Source: an uncultured Eubacteriales bacterium (GTDB lineage Bacteria; Acidobacteriota; Aminicenantia; Aminicenantales; Aminicenantaceae). Taken from it: a stretch of DNA of 64,000 nucleotides. A program made the position numbers and the translations under genes. Numbering within the stretch: position 1 is the first letter of the stretch; each line of letters begins with the position of its first letter. The stretch covers positions 91,317 to 155,316 of the forward strand of contig CAYVAT010000004.1 in NCBI GenBank assembly GCA_964449165.1, written 5' to 3'. Positions 56,292-64,000 of this stretch are shown one piece after another. Under the pieces are notes generated by a model, which searched no databases, was not told the origin of the DNA, and saw only the letters and a program-made list of their open reading frames with translations.

Positions 56292-57602
56292 ATGGAAATC
56301 TACAACTTAGTTAGCTTGGTGGGGATTTTTGTCCTGGCCGGATTTGCCTGGCTCTGCTCCTCTAACAAGAGAGTAGTCAACTGGCGGGTCATATTCTGGG
56401 GAATCAGCCTTCAGCTTTTGTTTGCTCTTTTCATATTCATGGTTCCAGTGGGAACGAGGTTTTTTCTCTTCGTGAATAAGATCGTTGTGGTTGTCCTGGA
56501 TAGTGCCACAGCCGGAACCAAGTTTCTTTTCGGACGCCTTGCCCTGCCGCCGGGCACATCCAATGAGGCGGGGGAGACCTCTCTGGGAAGCATGATTGCC
56601 TTCCAGGCACTTCCCACCATCATCTTTTTTGCCGCTCTAGTCGGGGCTCTCTACTATCTGAAAATTATGCCTCTTTTCATCAGGGGCTTTGCCTATGTTT
56701 TCACCAAGTTGATGAGGATTTCAGGGGCTGAGTCTCTCTGTGCCTCCAGTAATATCTTTGTCGGAGTCGAGTCAGCCCTGATAGTCAAGCCTCACCTGGA
56801 AGAGATGACCAGATCAGAACTGGCCACCATTCTTTCGGCCGGAATGGGAACCATCGCCTCGACTGTACTGGCTCTCTATGTCTTTTTTCTGCAGGGTGAA
56901 CTGCCCACCATCGCCGGGCACCTGGTCTCAGCTTCTTTCCTTTCAGCTCCGGCTGCTGTGATCATGGCCAAGCTGATTGTACCGGAGACAGAAGAGCCGA
57001 AGACATTGGGGGTGAATGTTAGACCTCACTATGAGCGGGAAGATAACCTTATTTTGGCTATCATCAACGGAGCCTACAGCGGGCTTCGTCTTCTCGGTGG
57101 TATCATCACTCTTCTTCTGGCCTTTTTGGGTTTTGTGGCTCTGATTGATCTCATTTTAGGCTGGGCGGGAGGCTATCTCAATTCCTGGCTTGGCCTTAAC
57201 TTTGAGTGGTCTCTTAAAGCTCTTTTAGGTTATGTTTTTTATCCTTTTACCATTGTTCTGGGTGTCCCTCCCAGCGATGCTCTAGAGATAGCCAGGGTTA
57301 TCGGGGAAAGGACAGTGGCCACCGAAGTGTATTCTTATCAGAAGCTCTCTCAATTGATTGCTGATGGAAAGCTTGTCCATCCTCGTTCAGCCATCATCGC
57401 TTCCTATGCTCTCTGCGGCTTTGCTCATATCGCATCCCTGGCCATTTTTGTGGGAGGCATAGGGGCTCTGGCGCCCAAGAGGTTGAAAGCCCTCTCTCGC
57501 TTGGGATTCCGGGCGCTGCTGGCTGCCACCCTTGCCTGCCTTATGACCGGAGCGGTGGCGGGTTTGTTTTTTACCAAAGGATCGATTCTCTTCGGGAAAT
57601 AG
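56292..57602 (+). CDS. nupC: NupC/CNT-family concentrative nucleoside transporter
   Basis: 436 aa polytopic; N-terminal LVSLVGIFVLAGFAWLCSSNKRVVNWRVIFWGISLQLLFALFIF consensus of the CNT family. Confidence 0.85.
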   Translation: MEIYNLVSLVGIFVLAGFAWLCSSNKRVVNWRVIFWGISLQLLFALFIFMVPVGTRFFLFVNKIVVVVLDSATAGTKFLFGRLALPPGTSNEAGETSLGSMIAFQALPTIIFFAALVGALYYLKIMPLFIRGFAYVFTKLMRISGAESLCASSNIFVGVESALIVKPHLEEMTRSELATILSAGMGTIASTVLALYVFFLQGELPTIAGHLVSASFLSAPAAVIMAKLIVPETEEPKTLGVNVRPHYEREDNLILAIINGAYSGLRLLGGIITLLLAFLGFVALIDLILGWAGGYLNSWLGLNFEWSLKALLGYVFYPFTIVLGVPPSDALEIARVIGERTVATEVYSYQKLSQLIADGKLVHPRSAIIASYALCGFAHIASLAIFVGGIGALAPKRLKALSRLGFRALLAATLACLMTGAVAGLFFTKGSILFGK

Positions 57603-57676
57603 AAAAGGGATTTCCTTGAGTTTTTGTTTTTTATTGTTAAAATATTCGTTGCATACGATAAGATAACCAGGAAGAG

Positions 57677-58567
57677 GTGAGAAAGATGTCAACATTTTTA
57701 AAAACTATACTTTGGGCAACTGATTTTTCAGATGAAGCCCAAGAGGCCTTGCTTTATGCCCAGACTTTTTCCAAGGCCTTCAAATCACGCCTCATCGGTC
57801 TCCACGTGATCCCTGATTTCACTCCATCCTTTTATAACATGGGTTCGGTCATCCAGGGAGAATTGGTCAAAAAAGTGGATTCGATGAAGAAAGAGGCTAA
57901 AAAAAGGCTTGAGTCTATAAGAAAAGCAAAGGGAATTCCCTTCGAGATCATCGTTCAAGAGGGAACCGCTTCCAAGAAGATCATAGAGATTGCCCAGGAG
58001 AAAAAGGCGGATCTCATCGTGATCGGAAGAAGGGGGTTATCGGTCATAGAGAAACTCTTTATTGGGAGTGTGGCTAACCAGGTTCTGAGGAATTCACATC
58101 TACCCATCTTGGTGACCAAAAAGAAGACAGGAAAGCCTCAATTCAAGAAGCTTCTGGTACCCACGGACTTTTCTGATCAAGAAGAGGTGGAGAGAGATTT
58201 TGCCTGGAAATTGGCCTCGGGTTTGAGCGCATCAGAGTTGACTCTTCTCCATGTTCTGGAACTCCATGATTATGAATTTTCACCAAAAGTCCTGGATGAG
58301 ATGTTTAACACGGTGCTCAAAAGACTCAAACAAAGGAAAAAAAGAAAGAATAAGGGCCTGAAGGTCGACGAAGAAATATACCGGGCTGTCAACGCCTCCG
58401 TAGGAATCGTGGATTATGCCGAGACCCATCATTATGATCTCATCGTCATATCCACCTGTACCCAAAGCAAGCTGGAACGGTTCTTCTTAGGAAGCACCAC
58501 TGAGAAAGTGATATCTTATGCCCATATTCCTATCTTCGCCATCCCCCCTTCTTATTGTGCTGGTTAA
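57677..58567 (+). CDS. Tandem-domain universal stress protein (UspA family)
   Basis: Two Usp domains (ILWATDFSDEAQEAL...ADLIVIGRRG and LLVPTDFSDQEE...YDLIVIS). Confidence 0.8.
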   Translation: MRKMSTFLKTILWATDFSDEAQEALLYAQTFSKAFKSRLIGLHVIPDFTPSFYNMGSVIQGELVKKVDSMKKEAKKRLESIRKAKGIPFEIIVQEGTASKKIIEIAQEKKADLIVIGRRGLSVIEKLFIGSVANQVLRNSHLPILVTKKKTGKPQFKKLLVPTDFSDQEEVERDFAWKLASGLSASELTLLHVLELHDYEFSPKVLDEMFNTVLKRLKQRKKRKNKGLKVDEEIYRAVNASVGIVDYAETHHYDLIVISTCTQSKLERFFLGSTTEKVISYAHIPIFAIPPSYCAG

Positions 58568-59667
58568 AGGTGGCAGATAATAAACTCTACTGGATCGCTT
58601 TAAACCTTGCCTTAGCTGATAGCCTAAGTGCTGTTAAGAAGGTCATCGGTCATTTTCAGTCGATAAGAGACGTCTTCCTCGCTTCCCGGATTGATCTTCT
58701 GGCCTTGGGCATAGGAGAAGACAATGTTCAAGCTCTCATTTCATCTTCGCTTCTTGATCAGGCTTCCCAGGAGATTGAGATTTGCAGGAAAAAGGGCTAT
58801 TTCATTCTGACTCAGGAAGAGCAGGAATATCCTGCCTATCTTAGAGAAATTTTTGATCCTCCGGTCGTCCTTTACGGTGCTGGCAGGATGGAAGTGATTG
58901 CAGGGCCTTCGGTCTCCATAGTCGGTGCCCGCAAAGCTTCTCCCTATGGAATATCTGCGGCAATCAGGTTGGCTCAGGAGCTGGCATCAAGGGGGATAGT
59001 CGTGGTCAGCGGCTTAGCCAGAGGAATTGATTCTGCTGCCCATAGGGGAGCGTTGAAAGGAGGAAAGACGGTCGCCGTGCTGGGTTCTGGTCTGGAAAAT
59101 CTCTATCCCAGGGAAAACAGGTTTCTTTTCGAGAAAACCATGGAGAAAGGAGCGGTTGTCTCTGAATTTCCTCTGGGCGCTTCTCCCTTAGGTTTTCATT
59201 TCCCGATTAGAAACAGGATCATCAGCGGACTTTCGCATGCCCTGGTGGTGGTGGAAGCCGCCCGAAGAAGCGGGTCCCTCATATCCGCCCAGCTGGCACT
59301 GGAGCAGAACAGAGAGGTCATGGCTGTTCCGGGAAACATCACCTCTGAGCTGAGCCAGGGAGCTAACTGGTTGATTAAATCCGGAGCAAAACCTGTCACA
59401 TGTTGGGAGGATGTTGTCGAAGAGCTGCCTTCTCCTCTCAGGGAGCAGATTCTCTCAAAGGAAAAACAGCAAGAGGTTCCTGCGGTCGTGAATCCTCGGG
59501 AGAGGGGGATTTTTGATCTCTTGGAGACGGATTCTCTGACTCACATCGACGATTTAGTGGAAAGGAGCGATTTTTCTGTCTCTGAAGCCCTGTCCATCTT
59601 GCTCAGTTTGGAGCTTAAAGGGTTGATCACCCAAGCTCCAGGAAAATATTTTCAAAGGAGCTGGTGA
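58555..59667 (+). CDS. dprA: DNA-processing protein DprA (Smf)
   Basis: SIVGARKASPYGISAAIRLAQELASRGIVVVSGLARGIDSAAHRGAL Rossmann-like DprA core plus C-terminal winged-helix. Confidence 0.85.
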   Translation: MCWLKVADNKLYWIALNLALADSLSAVKKVIGHFQSIRDVFLASRIDLLALGIGEDNVQALISSSLLDQASQEIEICRKKGYFILTQEEQEYPAYLREIFDPPVVLYGAGRMEVIAGPSVSIVGARKASPYGISAAIRLAQELASRGIVVVSGLARGIDSAAHRGALKGGKTVAVLGSGLENLYPRENRFLFEKTMEKGAVVSEFPLGASPLGFHFPIRNRIISGLSHALVVVEAARRSGSLISAQLALEQNREVMAVPGNITSELSQGANWLIKSGAKPVTCWEDVVEELPSPLREQILSKEKQQEVPAVVNPRERGIFDLLETDSLTHIDDLVERSDFSVSEALSILLSLELKGLITQAPGKYFQRSW

Positions 59668-61907
59668 TGGCGAAGCTTCTGGTTATCGTCGAATCTCCTG
59701 CAAAGGCGAGAACCGTACACCGCTACCTGGGAAATCAGTATCTGGTTAGGGCTTCCATGGGTCATATCCGCGACCTTCCTAGAAAAAGATTGGGAGTGGA
59801 TATTGAACACGATTTTGAGCCCGAGTACGAGGTTATTCCCGAGAGAAAAAAGACAGTAGCGGAACTGCGTAAGTTTGCCAAACAGTGCGAAGCCGTGCTT
59901 CTTGCTGCTGATCCTGACAGAGAAGGAGAGGCAATCTGCTGGCATCTGAGTAAGGTGCTGAGCAATGAGAATAGAAACATCTACCGCGTTCTTTTCCATG
60001 AGATCACCAAGAAAGCTGTTCAGGAGGCCTTTGAACAATTTGGGCAGATTGATCAGGGCAAGATCAACGCCCAGCAAACTAGAAGAATCCTGGACAGATT
60101 GGTCGGCTATCTCATCAGCCCTCTTCTTTGGAAAAAGATCGGAAAGGGTCTGAGTGCTGGACGAGTCCAGTCAATAGCCTTGCGCTTGATTTGCGAGAGG
60201 GAAAAGGAGATAAAAGATTTTGTTTCGGAGGAATACTGGACGATAACCGCCCTTCTTCAGGCAAATCAACCTCCCTCATTCAAGGCCACCCTGAGCAAGA
60301 TCGGAGGAAAGAAGGCCAAGATAGAGAATGAAAAAGAAGCCAGCGCCGTCATTGATGAACTTCACCGATCATCTTTTTTTCTGGAAAAGATCAAAATTCA
60401 GGAGAAGAAAAAAACGCCTCCACCTCCTTACATCACCAGCACTCTCCAGCAAGATGGCTTTCGTCTCCTTCGCTTTTCCGTGAAAAAGACCATGGCTGTC
60501 GCGCAAAGGCTTTATGAAGGGCTGGAACTCGGGGATAAAGGACTTGTCGGTTTAATCACTTACATGAGGACGGATTCTGTTCGTGTTTCTGATGTAGCTC
60601 TCTCCCAGGCCCGAAAATATATTCAGGAGAGTTTTGGTGATGCTTATCTTCCTAAGAAAGCCCGCATTTATAAGAATAAGAAAAAAGCACAGGATGCCCA
60701 TGAAGCCATCCGCCCCACCACCATCTCTCTTTCTCCCCAGGCCGTGAAACCTTATCTTAAAAATGAAGAATTCAGACTTTACAGCCTGATATGGAATCGT
60801 TTTATCGCATCTCAGATCCATGCAGCCTTGATCGTAGAGACGGAATTTTCGATCAGAGCTTCCGACTGCCAGTTCACGGCTAAAGGGGAAGTGGTGAAGT
60901 TTGAAGGATACCTGGCGCTCTACCCGAGCTTGAAAAAAGAAGAAAAGATTTTGCCCAGAGCAGAGGAAGGAGAGGAATTGAGGCTTCTTGAGCTGGATCC
61001 TCAACAGAATTACACTCAGCCTCCTCCTCGATACACTGAAGGAAGTTTGGTCAAAGAGCTTGAGGCAAAGGGAATCGGGCGTCCCAGCACCTATGCTCCC
61101 ATCATCTCTACTCTGCAGGACCGAGTTTATGTGATCAGGGAAAAGGGCAGGTTTATCCCTACAGATTTGGGGCTCTTTGTGACCGATTATTTGATAAAAA
61201 ATTTTCCTGATTTGATGGAGTTTGAGTTCACAGCCCGGCTGGAGGAGGAGCTTGACCATATCAACGAGGGCCAGCTGGATTGGTTAACCTATCTGAAATC
61301 TTATTATTCTCTGTTGAAGAAGGACTTAAACGAGGCCATGAAAAGTGAGGGAGTAAAAGGCAAAGGCATACCCGTGGAAGATGTCTGTCCTGAGTGCGGA
61401 CGTCAGCTTGTTATCAAGGAAGGGCGATACGGCCGTTTCCGCTCATGTTCTGGGTACCCTGAGTGCAAATATAGAGAAAGCATGCTCAAGAGGGAAGTCC
61501 AACCCTTGGATGAGAAATGTCCTGTTTGTGGCTCAAACCTGGTCATTCGTTCAGGGAAATACGGAACCTTTGTTGCCTGTTCGAATTATCCTCAGTGCAC
61601 CTACACCAAGAAAGAGAAAGTGGATACGGGGATTTCCTGTCCCTCAGGTTGTGGAGGAACCATAGTCCGCAGGAAGACCAGAAAAGGGAAAATCTTTTTC
61701 GGTTGCAGCAACTTTCCAAAGTGCAGGTTTGCCACTTGGGATGAGCCCATAGCGCGCCCTTGTCCCAAATGCGGACAGGCATTTATCCTCCGCAGGCATT
61801 CCATAAAAGGAAAGCCTTATCTATACTGTCATAACGAGAGATGTGATTACAAGGAGGAGGTGGAGGAGGAGAAGATCTGGGAGAAGGGTCCTGACTCTAC
61901 TGAATAA
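59667..61907 (+). CDS. topA: DNA topoisomerase I
   Basis: MAKLLVIVESPAKARTVHRYLG TOPRIM start, catalytic Tyr region, several C-terminal C4 zinc ribbons; TGATG overlap with the dprA stop. Confidence 0.9.
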   Translation: MAKLLVIVESPAKARTVHRYLGNQYLVRASMGHIRDLPRKRLGVDIEHDFEPEYEVIPERKKTVAELRKFAKQCEAVLLAADPDREGEAICWHLSKVLSNENRNIYRVLFHEITKKAVQEAFEQFGQIDQGKINAQQTRRILDRLVGYLISPLLWKKIGKGLSAGRVQSIALRLICEREKEIKDFVSEEYWTITALLQANQPPSFKATLSKIGGKKAKIENEKEASAVIDELHRSSFFLEKIKIQEKKKTPPPPYITSTLQQDGFRLLRFSVKKTMAVAQRLYEGLELGDKGLVGLITYMRTDSVRVSDVALSQARKYIQESFGDAYLPKKARIYKNKKKAQDAHEAIRPTTISLSPQAVKPYLKNEEFRLYSLIWNRFIASQIHAALIVETEFSIRASDCQFTAKGEVVKFEGYLALYPSLKKEEKILPRAEEGEELRLLELDPQQNYTQPPPRYTEGSLVKELEAKGIGRPSTYAPIISTLQDRVYVIREKGRFIPTDLGLFVTDYLIKNFPDLMEFEFTARLEEELDHINEGQLDWLTYLKSYYSLLKKDLNEAMKSEGVKGKGIPVEDVCPECGRQLVIKEGRYGRFRSCSGYPECKYRESMLKREVQPLDEKCPVCGSNLVIRSGKYGTFVACSNYPQCTYTKKEKVDTGISCPSGCGGTIVRRKTRKGKIFFGCSNFPKCRFATWDEPIARPCPKCGQAFILRRHSIKGKPYLYCHNERCDYKEEVEEEKIWEKGPDSTE

Positions 61908-61956
61908 GGAGAAGGTTTTTGGAAAGGGCTTCGCTCCCTGAAAAGAGTGAGTTATC

Positions 61957-62844
61957 ATGAAAAAGGAGCTTAAGGCGTTCCTTGACCATCTGCGGTATGA
62001 GAGGAATGCTTCTCCCCATACAGTGGCGAGCTACAGAAGGGATCTCCTTCAGCTGGCTGAATATCTGGAAGACAAGAAGGTAGCCTTGAAGGAGATAGAC
62101 AATTTTATCCTGCGCGGCTTTTTAGCCAGGCTTCATGAAAGGAAAAACAAAAGATCCACCATAGCCCGCAAACTGGCATCCATCCGTTCGTTTTTCCAGT
62201 TTTGTTTGAAAAGGCGCTGGCTGGAAGACAATCCCGCCCGAGTGGTGGCCACTCCCAAGCAAGAAAGGCATGTCCCTTCCTTTTTGTCCGAGGCGGAGAT
62301 GAACCATTTTTTAGATTTGCCCCATAAGAGTGAACGAATCTTGGACTTGAGAGACAAAGCCCTTCTGGAGTTGCTCTATGCGACAGGAATTCGAGTGGGA
62401 GAGCTGGTAGGGACGAACCTGGAGGACGTGAACTTTGCCGAGCGGTTGATCATAATCAGGGGAAAAGGTAAGAAGGAAAGGCTTTTGCCTTTTGGGAAGA
62501 AGGCAGAGGAGAGTTTGAGGGCTTATATTCCTAAGAGAAACCTGATCAATAGAGGAAGAATTGAGGAGGAGGCCCTCTTCTTGAATTTCCGCGGTAGGAG
62601 GCTTTCGGCTCGGTCAGTGGAGAGGATCGTGGATAAGTACCTTCGGAGAGCTGCGCTTCGGCGCAAGATAAGTCCTCATTCCCTCCGTCATTCTTTTGCC
62701 TCACATCTTTTAAGCCGGGGAGCTGATTTGAGAGTAATCCAGGAACTCTTGGGTCATGAGAGCCTGGCCACCACCCAAAAATATACCCATATCGATCTAA
62801 GACAATTGTTGGATGTCTACCACAAAAGCCACCCCCGCTCCTAA
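61957..62844 (+). CDS. Tyrosine site-specific recombinase of the XerC/XerD family
   Basis: R...HxxR...Y catalytic set: LRHSFASHLLSRGADLRVIQELLGHESLATTQKYTH. Confidence 0.85.
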   Translation: MKKELKAFLDHLRYERNASPHTVASYRRDLLQLAEYLEDKKVALKEIDNFILRGFLARLHERKNKRSTIARKLASIRSFFQFCLKRRWLEDNPARVVATPKQERHVPSFLSEAEMNHFLDLPHKSERILDLRDKALLELLYATGIRVGELVGTNLEDVNFAERLIIIRGKGKKERLLPFGKKAEESLRAYIPKRNLINRGRIEEEALFLNFRGRRLSARSVERIVDKYLRRAALRRKISPHSLRHSFASHLLSRGADLRVIQELLGHESLATTQKYTHIDLRQLLDVYHKSHPRS

Positions 62845-63047
62845 ATGAGCCGGCTTCGCTTTTGAGGAAAAGCTGCCAGGGCTCATAAAAACACCGCAAA
62901 CTCAAGTTGCCCTTCGAAACCCTGCCTCGTGAACAATCGTTGACTTTCTCCCACCCCGCATTAAATGTAATAGATTGAAATTAAATAAGATATGAATTTC
63001 TTTGGATGGCCTGAATGTTGCATACGGATAAGGGAAAGGAGGTAACC

Positions 63048-63359
63048 ATGAGAGATTTAAAGGTCAAAGGCTTGGTTTTCAGCATGATCGTTGGCTTTCT
63101 GTTTTCCTGTTTTTTAGCTTTTTCTGCGCAGCCTGCTTCAAAAGCCAGCAGTAACAAAATTAATATCAACACAGCGTCGGCTAAAGAACTGCAGGAGCTT
63201 CCTCGAATCGGCCCCAGTGTGGCCCAGAGAATCATCGAATTCCGGAAAGAACATGGCAAGTTCAAGAGGATTGAAGAGATCATGAAGGTGAGAGGGATAG
63301 GTGAGAAAACGTTTGAAAGGATAAAAAATCTTATTACAGTTGGAGAGAAGGCCAAATAG
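63048..63359 (+). CDS. comEA: ComEA-family helix-hairpin-helix DNA-binding competence protein
   Basis: Signal/TM segment, then ININTASAKELQELPRIGPSVAQRIIEFRKEHGKFKRIEEIMKVRGIGEKTFERI tandem HhH; perfect SD AAGGAGGT 6 nt upstream of ATG 63048. Confidence 0.8.
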   Translation: MRDLKVKGLVFSMIVGFLFSCFLAFSAQPASKASSNKININTASAKELQELPRIGPSVAQRIIEFRKEHGKFKRIEEIMKVRGIGEKTFERIKNLITVGEKAK

Positions 63360-63383
63360 GAGAAGGGAAAAATTCCCTTCTCC
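63359..63383. terminator. Perfect 9-bp stem hairpin (GGAGAAGGG-aaaaatt-CCCTTCTCC) between convergent comEA and rdgB; candidate bidirectional terminator
   Basis: Inverted repeat read directly from the sequence; no strong T-tract on either side. Confidence 0.4.
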
Positions 63384-63391
63384 CTCCCTGT

Positions 63392-64000
63392 TTATCTTGG
63401 GGCATGAGTTTTTTCAAGATAGTCAGTTAAGAATTTTTTCAACTTCTTAAGTGCCCGGCCACGATGACTGATCTTATTTTTTTCCTCAGGCCGAAGCTGA
63501 GCAAATGTTTTTCCAAGGGGAGGATAATAAAAAATTGGATCATAACCGAATCCGTATCGGCCTTTCTTTTCAGTGGTGATGATACCTTCCACACATTCCG
63601 TGATTTCCTTGATCACACTTTCTTTTCGGGATAGGACAAGAGCGGAGACGAAGCGGGCCTTCCTCCCTGGGGCAGGGACTTCTCTCATCAATTCCAGTAC
63701 TTTCTGAATGTTTTTCTCATCAGTGGCCTGAGGTCCTGAAAATCTGGCTGATAAAACGCCAGGTGCTCCTCCAAGGTGTTCGATTTCCAGCCCTGAATCT
63801 TCAGCCAGGGTAAGTCCGGGCCAAAATCGGCTGTAGAAGAGACTTTTATCTCGGGCATTCTCCATGAAGGTGTGTTTGTTCTCCGGAAATGTTATTTCCA
63901 GGCGAATAGTGCCAAGATGGGAAATCTTGATGGGGAGGGGAGTAAAGAAAGCCTGAATCTCTTTGGCTTTTGATCGATTTGTGGTGGCAATCAGAAGATG
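63392..64000 (-). CDS. rdgB: Non-canonical purine NTP pyrophosphatase (RdgB/Ham1), 5' end beyond the window
   Basis: ...LLIATTNRSKAKEIQAFF...FGYDPIFYYPPLGKTFAQL...KNKISHRGRAL; the reading frame stays open to nt 64000. Confidence 0.8.
   Translation of the reverse strand, partial: HLLIATTNRSKAKEIQAFFTPLPIKISHLGTIRLEITFPENKHTFMENARDKSLFYSRFWPGLTLAEDSGLEIEHLGGAPGVLSARFSGPQATDEKNIQKVLELMREVPAPGRKARFVSALVLSRKESVIKEITECVEGIITTEKKGRYGFGYDPIFYYPPLGKTFAQLRPEEKNKISHRGRALKKLKKFLTDYLEKTHAPR

Noticed and set aside
62845-63014. Inverted repeat ATGAGCC...GGCTCAT (7 bp, 28-nt loop) downstream of the xer gene, as a possible dif-like or terminator site
   Set aside because: The loop is too large for a stable terminator, and the sequence has no resemblance to the 28-bp dif consensus that I can recognise. 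Left unannotated.
1-64000. Search for tRNA, rRNA and CRISPR arrays in all intergenic regions
   Set aside because: No direct-repeat/spacer periodicity and no cloverleaf-like GC-rich 70-90-nt segments with conserved T-loop (GTTCRANYC) were seen by eye. A tRNAscan/Infernal run would be needed to be certain.

Overview
This 64 kb window is from a diderm (Gram-negative-type) bacterium of unknown lineage. The evidence is lptD, a GT9 heptosyltransferase, a Kdo/WaaP-family LPS kinase and an O-antigen-ligase-like gene. Cell-envelope glycan biosynthesis dominates the window.

(1) Positions 1-27433 are a single-strand, operon-like locus of about 25 genes, all on the minus strand. A small winged-helix (MarR-like) regulator and a Wzz-like chain-length determinant head it. 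It encodes biosynthesis of CMP-activated nonulosonic (sialic-acid-like) sugars: two NeuB-family synthases, two CMP-sugar cytidylyltransferases, a NeuC-like hydrolysing 2-epimerase, a PtmE-like CBS-nucleotidyltransferase, a DegT aminotransferase, a NeuD/PglD-type acetyltransferase and several SDR dehydratases/reductases. Tailoring genes are mixed in: an AsnB-like amidotransferase, an FkbM methyltransferase, a TIM-barrel isomerase, a CBS-fused UDP-sugar dehydrogenase, a Gfo/Idh/MocA oxidoreductase, two large KpsS/TagF-like GT-B proteins and an alpha/alpha-toroid protein. The locus ends with an isochorismatase-family hydrolase and a sulfatase-like/LamG fusion protein that runs off the window edge.

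(2) An AT-rich spacer of about 800 bp and a degenerate IS200/COG1943-like Y1-transposase remnant follow. After them come lptD, an rmlA/rmlC-like/rmlB cluster with two tandem SDR reductases, purF and a GT-C membrane glycosyltransferase fused to a LamG domain. That LamG domain is clearly paralogous, at DNA level, to the one on the sulfatase-like protein.

(3) Next is a modification cassette (CapK-like adenylating enzyme, flippase-like UPF0104 protein, radical-SAM/SPASM protein, methyltransferase). An LPS inner-core cluster follows it: heptose kinase, PHP phosphoesterase, O-antigen-ligase-like, GT9, Trm112-like, GT4, LPS kinase, a glycoside-hydrolase-like protein and a methyltransferase.

(4) The window ends with housekeeping genes: yggT, DUF167, nupC, a tandem Usp, dprA, topA, xer, comEA and rdgB, which is truncated at the 3' edge.

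I saw no rRNA, tRNA or CRISPR array. A repeated element of about 55 nt, with a hairpin in the stronger copy, lies in two divergent intergenic regions. All calls come from reading the translated ORFs and the DNA by eye; no database search was run.
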